DNA of 40,822 nucleotides from an uncultured Selenomonadales bacterium (GTDB lineage Bacteria; Bacillota; Negativicutes; Selenomonadales; Selenomonadaceae): NCBI GenBank assembly GCA_947165185.1, contig CAMUZL010000001.1, positions 1 to 40,822 of the forward strand, read 5' to 3'. Shown piece by piece: positions 8,501 to 16,973 of this stretch (position 1 is its first letter; each line of letters starts with the position of its first letter). The notes under the pieces were generated by a model. It saw only the letters and a program-made list of their open reading frames with translations, ran no database searches and was not told where the DNA came from. The position numbers and the translations under genes were made by a program.

Positions 8501-10993
8501 GCCGCCGATTATTGTCGAGTTGTCGCCGTTGTAATTGCTGTCGTTGGAATCGTAAAAATAATTTCCCGATGCGTAGTAGCGATAGCCGTTGTAAATCAAA
8601 TCGTCGTTGTCGCCGCCGTCGAGCACGGAATTGGAGCCGTGACTTGTAATTGTGTCGTTGCCTTTGCCGCCCGTGACGGAAAAATTCTTGCCGCCGCGTT
8701 CGTCTGTCCAATAGCCTCCGTTGATTATGAAGTCGTTGCCGATACCCGCGTCAACTGTCACAGAATCGGCATAGCTACGGATGGAGTCGTTGCCATTGCC
8801 GGCGTCAATTTTGACACTCTTGGAGTATTTATAAACCCACTCGCCATTGACATAATTTGAAGTGTAGTCATTTGTAATCGTGTCATCACCGTCGCCGCCA
8901 TCGATTGAAACCGAATCTCCACGATTGGCGACAGAATCGTCGCCATCGCCAACGTTGATTGTGACCGAATCGCCAGAGTTGCTGACGGAATCTTTGCCGA
9001 TGCCCGCACTTATTGTAACTTTGTTGCCACTGTTGTCGATTGTATCGTTGCCGTCGCCGGCGTCGATGTTGAGACCGCTCGCAACGGAACCCGTCAAAAT
9101 ATAATCGTCGCCGGCTTCGCCGAAGATTTTACTTTTTTCGCCGTAAGCGGTAATGGTGTCGTTGCCCGCGCCCGCCGAGATTGTCTGATTTTTTCCGTTG
9201 AACGTTAAAAATTCCGCCTTGTTCGTGCCGACGATTGAAGAGCCGTCTTTCCACGAATAATTTTTCGAGTCGTCGTAGGAGTCGGAGGCCTGTTTCATGA
9301 GGTAACGCCAAAACATGTAGCCAACGGCATAGACGTTCGTATCGGAGCTAAAGGTATTATCCGGATCGAGATATTGTGCCAAGAGCGTGGAGTCGCTTGC
9401 GAGTGATGTCATGTACCTGGTATTGCCCGCAGTAAGGTCTGCCATTCCCTCAGTCATGTAATCGGGCATGTAAGACCAAATATTGAAGTCGCCTTGCAAA
9501 ACGTGAGTCATTTCGTGCGGGAAGAGATAATCGCCTAAGCCACCGCCGTTTTTATCAGTTTCATTGAAAGATGTGTAAGACAAATTGACGCTTATCCCGC
9601 CGGAGCCGCCGTAGCCCCACGCGAATGCAGTTGAATTTTCAAAGAAGGAGAGCGTCATAGATTGACCGTCAAAACTAATCCCAAACGTTTCCTCAATCAG
9701 CTTGATGGCTTCCTCAGCCCACCAAGAGTAAAAGCCTTGAACCACCAGTTGCTCTTTTTCAGAGAGTGTATCTTTTTCGGGAACAGTGATTGTTAAGCCA
9801 CGAATAGTGAAAGTCGTTGATTTGGGATAAACTGCGTCGCCGGATTGCGGAAATAAATCGGATTGCGTTTTCATCGTCAAGCCGCCCGCATCCCAACCAA
9901 CAACCGCATCCCTATCGTCATTGTCCAAGATTATTCCGCAATAGTCGCGCAGAAAAATTTCGGCGTTGTTTACCGACCGACAATCGGCAACCATCTTGTC
10001 AATAACTTCTTGCAGAGAATTAAATCCTGAACAAGCTTGAATTGCCTCGTCGAGTTTCAATCTGCTGTCAAGCGCGGTGTTCACCATCGATCCGACGAAA
10101 TTTTTTATAACCTGTTGCGGCGAATAACCGTTGCCGTAAATTTTCGTAGTCGTCTTGCCCGAAGAGTCTTTGACGGTTATCGCGTGATTGGTCATGTTTT
10201 TCAGACGCAAGGAGCCGGTACCTATTTTGAAGATTAAATCGCCGCCGTCGAAAGAGTAGCTGTCGATTTTGCCCGACGTTATTTGAATCGTGTCTTCGCC
10301 GCTGTAGTTCGTGATTAAGTCGTTGCCGCCGACGTATTGATAAATCTGCGCGGCAGAATCGCCCGTCAAGGTATTGTTGCCGGCACCCATTTTTACGGTG
10401 ACTTCGCCGTTGACGGTAGTTTGTCCGCCGTCAGTGAGGACGAGAACATTTTTGTTGCCGTAGCTACGAACGGAATCATTGCCTGCGCCCGTGCTGATTG
10501 TGACCGAATCGCCGTAGTTGTAGATGTAATCGTCGCCATCGCCTGCATTGATTGAAACCGAATCACCATAGTTGTCGACAGAATCGTCACCGTCGCCCGC
10601 ATTGATTGTGACTATGTTGCCGCGATTTTTGATTGAATCATTACCTGCGCCGCCGAAAATCGTCGAGTTGTCGCCGTTGTAGTTGCTGTCGTCGGAGGAG
10701 TAAAAATAATTACTCGACGCAGAGTAGCGATAGCCGTTGTAAATCAAATCGTCGTTGTCGCCGCCGTCGAGCACGGAGTTTGAGCCGTGACTTGTGATTG
10801 TGTCGTTGCCTTTGCCGCCCGTGACGGAAAAATTTTTGCCGCCGCGCTCACTTTCCCAATAGCCGCCGTTGACTACGAGGTCATTGCCGTCAAGCGCGCT
10901 GACCGTAACGAAATCGCCGTAGTTGTAAACGCTGTCATTGCTTGCACTGACGACGATTAACTCGTTGCTTTCGTAATTCTTTCGTTCTGCCAA
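5531..10993 (-). CDS. RTX/beta-roll repeat protein, paralog B (1820 aa) with an embedded HExxH gluzincin-like domain
   Basis: RTX nonapeptide blocks, 18-residue GxGNDxIxNxGxxVxIx repeats, and HEMTH at 9503-9517. The TTG at 10993 is preceded by AGGAAG (11003-11008). The ORF-track start at 11032 has no RBS. Confidence 0.88.
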   Translation of the reverse strand: MAERKNYESNELIVVSASNDSVYNYGDFVTVSALDGNDLVVNGGYWESERGGKNFSVTGGKGNDTITSHGSNSVLDGGDNDDLIYNGYRYSASSNYFYSSDDSNYNGDNSTIFGGAGNDSIKNRGNIVTINAGDGDDSVDNYGDSVSINAGDGDDYIYNYGDSVTISTGAGNDSVRSYGNKNVLVLTDGGQTTVNGEVTVKMGAGNNTLTGDSAAQIYQYVGGNDLITNYSGEDTIQITSGKIDSYSFDGGDLIFKIGTGSLRLKNMTNHAITVKDSSGKTTTKIYGNGYSPQQVIKNFVGSMVNTALDSRLKLDEAIQACSGFNSLQEVIDKMVADCRSVNNAEIFLRDYCGIILDNDDRDAVVGWDAGGLTMKTQSDLFPQSGDAVYPKSTTFTIRGLTITVPEKDTLSEKEQLVVQGFYSWWAEEAIKLIEETFGISFDGQSMTLSFFENSTAFAWGYGGSGGISVNLSYTSFNETDKNGGGLGDYLFPHEMTHVLQGDFNIWSYMPDYMTEGMADLTAGNTRYMTSLASDSTLLAQYLDPDNTFSSDTNVYAVGYMFWRYLMKQASDSYDDSKNYSWKDGSSIVGTNKAEFLTFNGKNQTISAGAGNDTITAYGEKSKIFGEAGDDYILTGSVASGLNIDAGDGNDTIDNSGNKVTISAGIGKDSVSNSGDSVTINVGDGDDSVANRGDSVSIDGGDGDDTITNDYTSNYVNGEWVYKYSKSVKIDAGNGNDSIRSYADSVTVDAGIGNDFIINGGYWTDERGGKNFSVTGGKGNDTITSHGSNSVLDGGDNDDLIYNGYRYYASGNYFYDSNDSNYNGDNSTIIGGRGNDKITNRGNSVLISAGSDNDSVYNYGNSVSVDGGDNNDIIVNGGYFESERGGKNFSVTGGNGNDTITSHGSNSVLDGGDNDDLIYNGYRYYASGNYFYDSNDSNYNGDNSTIIGGRGNDKITNRGNSVLISAGSDNDSVYNYGNSVSVDGGDNNDIIVNGGYFESERGGKNFSVTGGNGNDTITSHGSNSVLDGGDNDDLIYNGYRYHESGNYFYASNDSNYNGDNSKIIGGAGNDTIKNRGNKVIFQYSSGNGNDIIEGFNATSTLSISGSDYSSTKSGNDVIVTVGTGKITLQGAASLSSVNVIGKQTDPTKLTVTDKTSSPVTIGSAVETVDASKRTKAVKITGNALANSIVGGSKNDSLYGGKGNDSILGNAGNDKLYGEVGNDFLWGGAGNDTLTGGDGNDVFIYSAGKDVIADYATGDKISLGAAISKSSVKGSDVVFTIGSGSLTVKNGKGKTLNLIDSAGKESSTIFGNDVFTYSNSSSAKVTLGSSYKTADASKRTKAIQITGNDLANSIVGGSKNDSLYGGKGADTLRGGSGNDKLFGEVGNDLLSGGTGNDTLTGGDGDDIFIYSAGKDVILDYATGDKISLGAAISKSSVKGADVIFTIGSGSLTVKNGKGKTLNLIDSAGKESSTIFGNDVFTYSNSSSAKVTLGSSYKTADASKRTKAIQITGNDLANSIVGGSKNDSLYGGKGADTLRGGSGNDKLFGEVGNDLLSGGTGNDTLTGGDGDDIFIYSAGKDVIADYATGDKISLGAAISKSSVKGSDVVFTIGSGSLTVKNGKGKTLNLIDSAGKESSTIFGGDVFTYSDSSSAKVTLGSSYKTADASKRTKAIQITGNDLANSIVGGSKNDSLYGGKGADTLRGGNGNDKLFGEVGNDLLYGGAGSDSLWGGAGNDSLWGDAGADTFIYSSGDGKDVIFGFDDTDMLEITGAFSASYNKSKNQIAFKVGSTASAITLRDFTATTFNINGDDYKISGTKLVKS
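5780..7520 (-). repeat. in-frame tandem repeats, period 495 bp, about 3.5 copies
   Basis: 6264-6667 is identical to 6759-7162 (404 bp, offset 495). Confidence 0.9.
7760..8722 (-). repeat. in-frame tandem repeats, period 351 bp (117-aa aromatic/Asn-rich module), about 2.7 copies
   Basis: 7874-8278 is identical to 8225-8629 (405 bp, offset 351). A diverged fourth copy lies near 10600-10900. Confidence 0.9.
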
Positions 10994-11041
10994 AATAATC
11001 ACTTCCTTTGTCGATAACTTGATGTGAATCAATTTACAAAA

Positions 11042-11070
11042 ATTTTAGCACGTCGATAAATTAACGTCAA
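11042..11070 (-). promoter_or_regulatory. sigma70-type promoter for paralog B
   Basis: The minus strand reads TTGACG (11070-11065), a 17-nt spacer, then TAAAAT (11047-11042) preceded by TGc (extended -10). It lies about 50 nt upstream of the TTG start. Confidence 0.55.
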
Positions 11071-11079
11071 TCGCCGCAA

Positions 11080-11177
11080 AAAAAAATCCCGCCGCGAAGT
11101 GCAATTAGGAATTAGGAATTGTTTCGGTGAGCTGTAATTCCAAACTCCAAACTCCAAACTAAAAAAATCCCGCCGCG
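11080..11177. repeat. 17-bp direct duplication of a terminator arm flanking a 64-bp insert made of heptamer repeats and a hairpin core
   Basis: aaaaaaatcccgccgcg occurs at 11080-11096 and 11161-11177. The insert at 11097-11160 contains (GGAATTA)x3 at 11101-11121, the core tgtttcggtgagctgtaattcc, and (CCAAACT)x3 at 11140-11160. Confidence 0.8.
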
Positions 11178-11190
11178 TTTCCGACGGGAT
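11161..11190 (-). terminator. rho-independent terminator of RTX paralog C
   Basis: The minus strand reads atcccgtcgg aaac gcggcgggat followed by U7. Confidence 0.7.
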
Positions 11191-11228
11191 AAAATTTCGA
11201 TGTGGTAGAAAATTTTTTCGTTACGCGC

Positions 11229-14200
11229 TCAAATTTTTACGAGCTTCGTGCCGCTGATTTTGTAATCGTCGCCGTTAATGTTGAAAGTCGTCGCCGTAAA
11301 ATCGCGTAAAGTAATCGCGCTTGCCGTCGATCCGACTTTGAACGCAATTTGATTCTTTGACTTGTTGTAACTCGCCGAGAACGCGCCCGTAATTTCAAGC
11401 ATGTCGGTATCGTCGAATCCGAAGATGACATCTTTGCCGTCGCCGCTTGAGTAGATGAAGGTGTCCGCGCCCGCGTCGCCCCAGAGTGAATCGTTGCCCG
11501 CGCCGCCCGTCAAAATATCGTCGCCCGCGTCGCCGTAAAGTTTGTCGTTGCCGTTGCCGCCGACGAGAGTATCATTGCCGTCCGCGCCGTAAAGCGTGTC
11601 ATTTTTCGAGCCGCCGACGATTGAATTGTCGCGAGCGTTGCCCGTAATTTTTACGGCCGTTGTTCGAGCCGAGGCGTCTGCAAAATCAATGTCTTCGCTG
11701 ATTATCACGGGCGATTTCGTCGAGTTGTCGACGGTTTGAACTATCGGCGCGCCGAGAATCGTCGAAGCAGCGTTGCCGTTCTTGTCGATTAAGTTCAAAG
11801 TTTTCGCCTTGGCATCTTTAACGGTCAAAGTATTTTTGCCGACAGTGAAGACAACGTCCGCGCCTTTAAGTGTCGCTTTGGAAATTGCCGCACCGAGAGA
11901 AATTTTATCTCCGCTGGCATAATCGGTGATGATATCGTTGCCTGCGCTGTAGACGAAAATATCTTTACCCTTGCCGCCGGTGAGCGTGTCATTTCCGTCA
12001 CCGCCGCTGAGTGTATCGTTGCCGTCGCCGCCGTCGAGAACGTCATTGCCTGCCTCGCCGATAAGTTTGTCGTCGCCGTCGTTGCCGAAGAGCGAATCAT
12101 TGCCCGCGCCGCCGTTAAGGTAATCGTCGCCAATTTCGCCGTAGAGAATGTCGTTGCCCGCTTTGCCGAGAATTGTGTCGTTGCCGTCGCCGCCGTAAAT
12201 CGAATCATTTTTCGAGCCGCCGACAATCGAATTTGCTTTTGCGTTGCCCGTGATTTTAATTGCCTTCGTGCGTTTCGCCGCGTCGACAGTTTCAATGGAC
12301 GAAGCGATTGCAGCGGGTGACTTCGTGGAATTGTTGACGGTCAAAAGCGTCGGACCTTTGACAACGGTCGAGAAATTATTTCCGTCCGCGTCAATCAAGT
12401 TCAACGTTTTTTCAACGCCATTTTTAATGGTGAGAGTATTTTTATTGACGGTGAAGACAACGTCCGAGCCTTTGAGTGACGTTTTGGAAACGGCACCGCC
12501 GAGAGAAATTTTGTCGTCCTCCGCGTAATCGGTGATAACGTCGTTGCCCGCGCTGTAGATGAAAATATCGCTGCCTGCGCCGCCGGTGAGCGTGTCGTTG
12601 CCTGCTCCGCCCCAAAGAGTATCATTGTCCGCGCCGCCGTTGAGAATATCGTTGCCCGCGTCTCCGAAGAGCGAATCGTTGTTGTCGCCGCCCCAGAGCG
12701 AATCATTGCCTGCGCCGCCGTTGAGAATATCGTTGCCTTCGTTGCCGTAAAGTTTGTCATTGCCCGCGTTGCCGAAAATTGTATCGTTGCCGTCTTTGCC
12801 GTAAATCGAATCATTTTTCGAGCCGCCGACGATTGAATTATCGCGGTCGTTGGCGGTGATTTTAACGTTTGAAGTTCTCTTCGCCGCGTCGACAAAATCA
12901 ACATCTTCAGCGATTGTCGTGGGCGATTTTGTTTTGTTGGTGACGGTAAAAATTTTCGGTTCGGGCATCATCGTTGCGGAAACATTTCCCTCAGCGTCGA
13001 TTAAATTTAAAGTCTTCCATTTGGCATCTTTAACGGTGAGAGTATTTTTTCCGATTGTGAAAACAATATCCGCGCCGTTGACGGAAGAATTGGAAATTGC
13101 CGTGCCGAGAGAAATTTTATCGTCCGCCGCATAATCGGTGATGACATCGTTGCCCGCGCTGTAGATGAAAATATCACTGCCTTCGCCGCCGTTGAGCGTG
13201 TCATTGCCTTCGCCGCCGCTGAGTGTATCGTTACCGTCTCCGCCGCTGAGGTAGTCATTGCCCTTGCCGCCGTTGAGCGTGTCGTCACCCGCGCCGCCGT
13301 TGAGCGTGTCGTTGCCGTCGCCGCCGCTGAGGTAGTCGCTACCGTCGTCGCCGTCGAGAACGTCATTGCCTGCCTCGCCGATAAGTCTATCGTCGCCGAC
13401 GCCGCCGAAGAGAGTATCATTGCCGGCCTTTCCGTTAAGATAATCGTTGCCGGTTTCGCCGTAGAGAATATCGTTGCCCGACTTGCCGCCGATGAGCGTG
13501 TCATTGCCGTCGCCGCCGTAAAGCGTATCATTTTTCGAGCCGCCGACGATCGAATTTGCTCTTTCGTTGCCCGTGATTTTAATTGCCTTCGTGCGTTTCG
13601 TCGCGTTGACATCATCAACATTGGCAGCAATTACCGTGGGCGATTTTGTCGAGTTGGTGACGGTCAATATTGTCTTTTTGGCAATGCCGTCAATGTTAAC
13701 AGCCGACAAACTTGCCGCGCCGCTCAAGGTTATTTTTTCCTTGCCGACAGTGACGATAATATCCGAGCCGCTCTTGGTGGTGGAGTAAAGCTCCGTGCCG
13801 TCGCCGATTCGGAGTGTCGAAGTCTCGTTGAAGCCGCTGATAACGTCGTTGCCGTCGCCCGACGCGTATTGAATCAAAATGTTTTTAGCGTCGGAATCCA
13901 GACTGATTAAGTCGTTGCCCGCACCACCGGTCACCGAATTGCCTTCGACTGAAATGTTCGACAAGCCACCAATTACAATGGTATCGTTGCCAATACCGCC
14001 ATTAATTGAAACATTATCGCCGTAGCTGGTGATATCATCGTCACCGTCGCCGCCGTCGATTGTCAGCGAGTTGCCGTAGTAGTTGTAAATGGAATCGTCG
14101 CCCGAACCACTGTCGATTGAAACGTTGTTGCCCGAGTAGTTATGGATTGAGTCATTGCCTTTGCCGCCACTTATTGTAACGTTTTCGCCGTAGTTGTTGT

Positions 14201-16715
14201 GAATTTCATCGTCACCGTCGCCGCCGCCGATTGTTACAAATTCGCCGTAGTTGTAAATGGAATCGTTGCCTGCACCACCGGTCACCGAATTGCCTTCGAC
14301 TGAAATGTTCGACAAGCCACCAATTACAATGGTATCGTTGCCAATACCGCCATTAATTGAAACATTATCGCCGTAGCTGGTGATATCATCGTCATCGTCG
14401 CCGCCGCCGATTGTTACAAATTCGCCGTAGTTGTAAATGGAATCGTTGCCTGCTCCGCCGTCGACTGTCACCGATTCGCCGCCAGTTAAAATGTAATCGT
14501 CACCCGTGCCGCCACTGATTGAGACCTTCGCCGCGTCGTTGTAAATTGAATCGTTGCCTGCTCCGGTATTGATTGAAACGCTGTTGCCGTAGTTTTCGAC
14601 AGTATCGTTTCCAGTGCCGCCGTCGATTGAGACGTTGTTGCCGCCGCCGAGTGAAATATCATTGCTACCGTTGGAAATGTAGTCGTGACCGTCGCCGCCA
14701 TTGATTGTAACACTTGAGCCATAGTAGTTTTCAATGGTGTCGTTCCCATCGCCTGCGTCTATTGTGACATTGTCGCCTGTGTTGTGAATGTGGTCGTCAT
14801 CTTCTCCGCCGTCGATTGAAACGCTGTCGCCGCCGTTGTGAATGTAATTGTCGCCGTCGCCGCCATCAATTGTGACGTTGTTGCCGCTGTTCCAAATGGA
14901 GTCGTTTCCAGTGCCCGCGTCTATTGAAACCGAGTCAACATCGAAGTTCCAGATAGAGTCTTTACCTGCGCCGCCGAAAATTGTGACGTTTGAGCTGTAG
15001 CCGTTGGAAATGTAATCGTCACCGTCACCACCATCAATCAAAACGTTCGAGTAGTCGTTGCGAATTGAATCATTGCCTACGCCACCATCAATTGTGACAT
15101 GTTCACCGTTGCTGATTATAGTATCGTTGCCGTCGCCGCCATTGATTGACACGTTGTCGCCATAGCTGTTGTGAATGGAATCATTACCGCCTAGAGCCTG
15201 AATCGTCGCGCCGTCGAGCGTGTTGTAGTAGGTGTCGTTGCCTTCGGTGAGCGTGATGAATTTCGGATTGGTTTTAACGCCGACGATATTGACAGCCGAC
15301 AAACTCGCCGCGTCTTTGAGCGTGATTGAGCCGTCGCCGACAGTGACTATAATATCCGCGCCGCTTATGCTTGACGAATAAGTTCCGGTGCCGTCGCCGA
15401 TTTTCAATGTTGACGTTGCATTGTATCCGTAAACGGTATCGAGTCCGTCGCCTGAGTTGTAACGAATCAGATTGTTTTTTGCCGAGCCGGACAAGCTGAT
15501 GGAGTCATTGCCCGCTCCGCCGTCGATTGAAACGTCGTCGCTCCAATTAAGGATTGAGTCGTTGCCCGCTCCGCCGTTGATTGTTGTGTAATTGCCGATA
15601 TTGTGAATTGAATCGTTGCCTGCTCCGCCGTTGATTGTTGCGTAACTGCCGACGTTGTTAATCGAATCGTCGCCGAGCCCCGCGTCAATCGAAACTTTTT
15701 GTCCCCAGTCATTGTAGATGGTATCGGAACCGTCTCCGCCGATAAGCGTTGAATTATCGCTGTCATAACTGAAAATTGAGTCGTTGCCTGCGCCCGCGTC
15801 GATTGAAACTTTTGCGGCGTCGTTGCGAATGGAGTCGTTGCCTGCGCCCGAAAGTATCGTTGTATCGGTTCCGTAATTCCCGATGCTGTTGTCGCCGTTG
15901 CCGCTGTTTATGAAGACCTTCGAGCCCGAATTTGAAATCGTATCGTTGCCGCCATAACTGTTCACCGTGACAGTGGAATCGAAGTTGGTGAGAAAATCTT
16001 GACCGTCCGTGCCGTTTTTTGAAGACGGATTATAAATCGTGCCGTCGACATTGACACTGAGAGCATCAACAAATGTTATTGAGCCGCTTGAACTGATGCG
16101 CAAAACCAGATTGTTGCCGGTGATAGATGAATCCGTCACGTAAGCGTCCGTCAGATTTATCTTGGTCGTGGGATTGTATCCGTAAACGGTATCGTTGCCG
16201 CCTGCGTAACGAATCAGATTGTTTTTTGCCGAGCCGGACAAGCTGATGGAGTCATTGCCCGCTCCGCCGTCGATTGAAACGTCGTCGCTCCAATTAAGGA
16301 TTGAGTCGTTGCCCGCTCCGCCGTTGATTGTTGTGTAATTGCCGATATTGTGAATTGAATCGTTGCCTGCTCCGCCGTTGATTGTTGCGTAACTGCCGAC
16401 GTTGTTAATCGAATCGTCGCCGAGCCCCGCGTCAATCGAAACTTTTTGTCCCCAGTCATTGTAGATGGTATCGGAACCGTCTCCGCCGATAAGCGTTGAA
16501 TTATCGCTGTCATAACTGAAAATTGAGTCGTTGCCTGCGCCCGCGTCGATTGAAACTTTGTCGCCGTAGTTTTGGATTGAATCATTGCCGTCGCCCGTGT
16601 TGATTGAAATGTTGTTTTGGTTATTAGTGACGACAGAATCGCTAACCTCCGAATCGAGAACTCCGTGAATTGCAAGACTAGTAAAGCGTTGAAGATCAAA
16701 AGTTATGTTGTTCAT
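11229..16715 (-). CDS. RTX/beta-roll repeat protein, paralog C (1828 aa)
   Basis: The N-terminal two thirds are 18-residue GxGNDSIxN repeats. The C-terminal third holds 4 RTX modules plus the family C-terminal module. GGAGGTG is 6 nt upstream of the ATG at 16715 (MNNITFDLQRF). Confidence 0.88.
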   Translation of the reverse strand: MNNITFDLQRFTSLAIHGVLDSEVSDSVVTNNQNNISINTGDGNDSIQNYGDKVSIDAGAGNDSIFSYDSDNSTLIGGDGSDTIYNDWGQKVSIDAGLGDDSINNVGSYATINGGAGNDSIHNIGNYTTINGGAGNDSILNWSDDVSIDGGAGNDSISLSGSAKNNLIRYAGGNDTVYGYNPTTKINLTDAYVTDSSITGNNLVLRISSSGSITFVDALSVNVDGTIYNPSSKNGTDGQDFLTNFDSTVTVNSYGGNDTISNSGSKVFINSGNGDNSIGNYGTDTTILSGAGNDSIRNDAAKVSIDAGAGNDSIFSYDSDNSTLIGGDGSDTIYNDWGQKVSIDAGLGDDSINNVGSYATINGGAGNDSIHNIGNYTTINGGAGNDSILNWSDDVSIDGGAGNDSISLSGSAKNNLIRYNSGDGLDTVYGYNATSTLKIGDGTGTYSSSISGADIIVTVGDGSITLKDAASLSAVNIVGVKTNPKFITLTEGNDTYYNTLDGATIQALGGNDSIHNSYGDNVSINGGDGNDTIISNGEHVTIDGGVGNDSIRNDYSNVLIDGGDGDDYISNGYSSNVTIFGGAGKDSIWNFDVDSVSIDAGTGNDSIWNSGNNVTIDGGDGDNYIHNGGDSVSIDGGEDDDHIHNTGDNVTIDAGDGNDTIENYYGSSVTINGGDGHDYISNGSNDISLGGGNNVSIDGGTGNDTVENYGNSVSINTGAGNDSIYNDAAKVSISGGTGDDYILTGGESVTVDGGAGNDSIYNYGEFVTIGGGDDDDDITSYGDNVSINGGIGNDTIVIGGLSNISVEGNSVTGGAGNDSIYNYGEFVTIGGGDGDDEIHNNYGENVTISGGKGNDSIHNYSGNNVSIDSGSGDDSIYNYYGNSLTIDGGDGDDDITSYGDNVSINGGIGNDTIVIGGLSNISVEGNSVTGGAGNDLISLDSDAKNILIQYASGDGNDVISGFNETSTLRIGDGTELYSTTKSGSDIIVTVGKEKITLSGAASLSAVNIDGIAKKTILTVTNSTKSPTVIAANVDDVNATKRTKAIKITGNERANSIVGGSKNDTLYGGDGNDTLIGGKSGNDILYGETGNDYLNGKAGNDTLFGGVGDDRLIGEAGNDVLDGDDGSDYLSGGDGNDTLNGGAGDDTLNGGKGNDYLSGGDGNDTLSGGEGNDTLNGGEGSDIFIYSAGNDVITDYAADDKISLGTAISNSSVNGADIVFTIGKNTLTVKDAKWKTLNLIDAEGNVSATMMPEPKIFTVTNKTKSPTTIAEDVDFVDAAKRTSNVKITANDRDNSIVGGSKNDSIYGKDGNDTIFGNAGNDKLYGNEGNDILNGGAGNDSLWGGDNNDSLFGDAGNDILNGGADNDTLWGGAGNDTLTGGAGSDIFIYSAGNDVITDYAEDDKISLGGAVSKTSLKGSDVVFTVNKNTLTIKNGVEKTLNLIDADGNNFSTVVKGPTLLTVNNSTKSPAAIASSIETVDAAKRTKAIKITGNAKANSIVGGSKNDSIYGGDGNDTILGKAGNDILYGEIGDDYLNGGAGNDSLFGNDGDDKLIGEAGNDVLDGGDGNDTLSGGDGNDTLTGGKGKDIFVYSAGNDIITDYASGDKISLGAAISKATLKGADVVFTVGKNTLTVKDAKAKTLNLIDKNGNAASTILGAPIVQTVDNSTKSPVIISEDIDFADASARTTAVKITGNARDNSIVGGSKNDTLYGADGNDTLVGGNGNDKLYGDAGDDILTGGAGNDSLWGDAGADTFIYSSGDGKDVIFGFDDTDMLEITGAFSASYNKSKNQIAFKVGSTASAITLRDFTATTFNINGDDYKISGTKLVKI
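13921..14452 (-). repeat. mosaic of perfect internal repeats in paralog C
   Basis: 13921-14043 is identical to 14272-14394 (123 bp, offset 351). The stretch ccgccgccgattgttacaaattcgccgtagttgtaaatggaatcgttgcctgc recurs at about 14221 and 14401 (offset 180). Confidence 0.8.
15459..16559 (-). repeat. 354-bp perfect direct duplication, copies 747 bp apart
   Basis: 15459-15812 is identical to 16206-16559. Confidence 0.9.
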
Positions 16716-16871
16716 TTTAAACACCTCCATGTACGGACAATATAGCAACTTCCATCGCGCAATGCAATAATCGTAAACGAGATTTAACTGTATTTTAACT
16801 CAGCTTTGCGGACGTTTGAGACGGCGTAATTTATACAAATTTTGTACGTCACAAAATCAGCGTCAACCGCG

Positions 16872-16910
16872 AAAAAAATCCCGCCGAGTTTTCGACGGGG
16901 AAAATTTTTT
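16872..16910. terminator. bidirectional-looking rho-independent terminator downstream of paralog D
   Basis: The plus strand reads an A7 run, then tcccgccg agtttt cgacgggg, then aaaa and a T8 run. Confidence 0.7.
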
Positions 16911-16912
16911 TT

Positions 16913-16945
16913 GAGCTTTTAGCTTGGAGCTTTTAGCTTTTAGCG
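16913..16945. repeat. heptanucleotide tandem repeat (KAGCTTK) x4.7
   Basis: The sequence reads gagcttt tagcttg gagcttt tagcttt tagcg. Confidence 0.8.
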
Positions 16946-16973
16946 ATTGAAAATTTTGTCAGCCGCGCAGAAT

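Noticed and set aside
2170-8722. Highly regular repeats that might suggest a CRISPR-like or satellite array.
   Set aside because: The units are 351-519 bp, directly abutting with no unique spacers, and are in frame within long ORFs encoding RTX nonapeptides. They are coding tandem repeats, not CRISPR.
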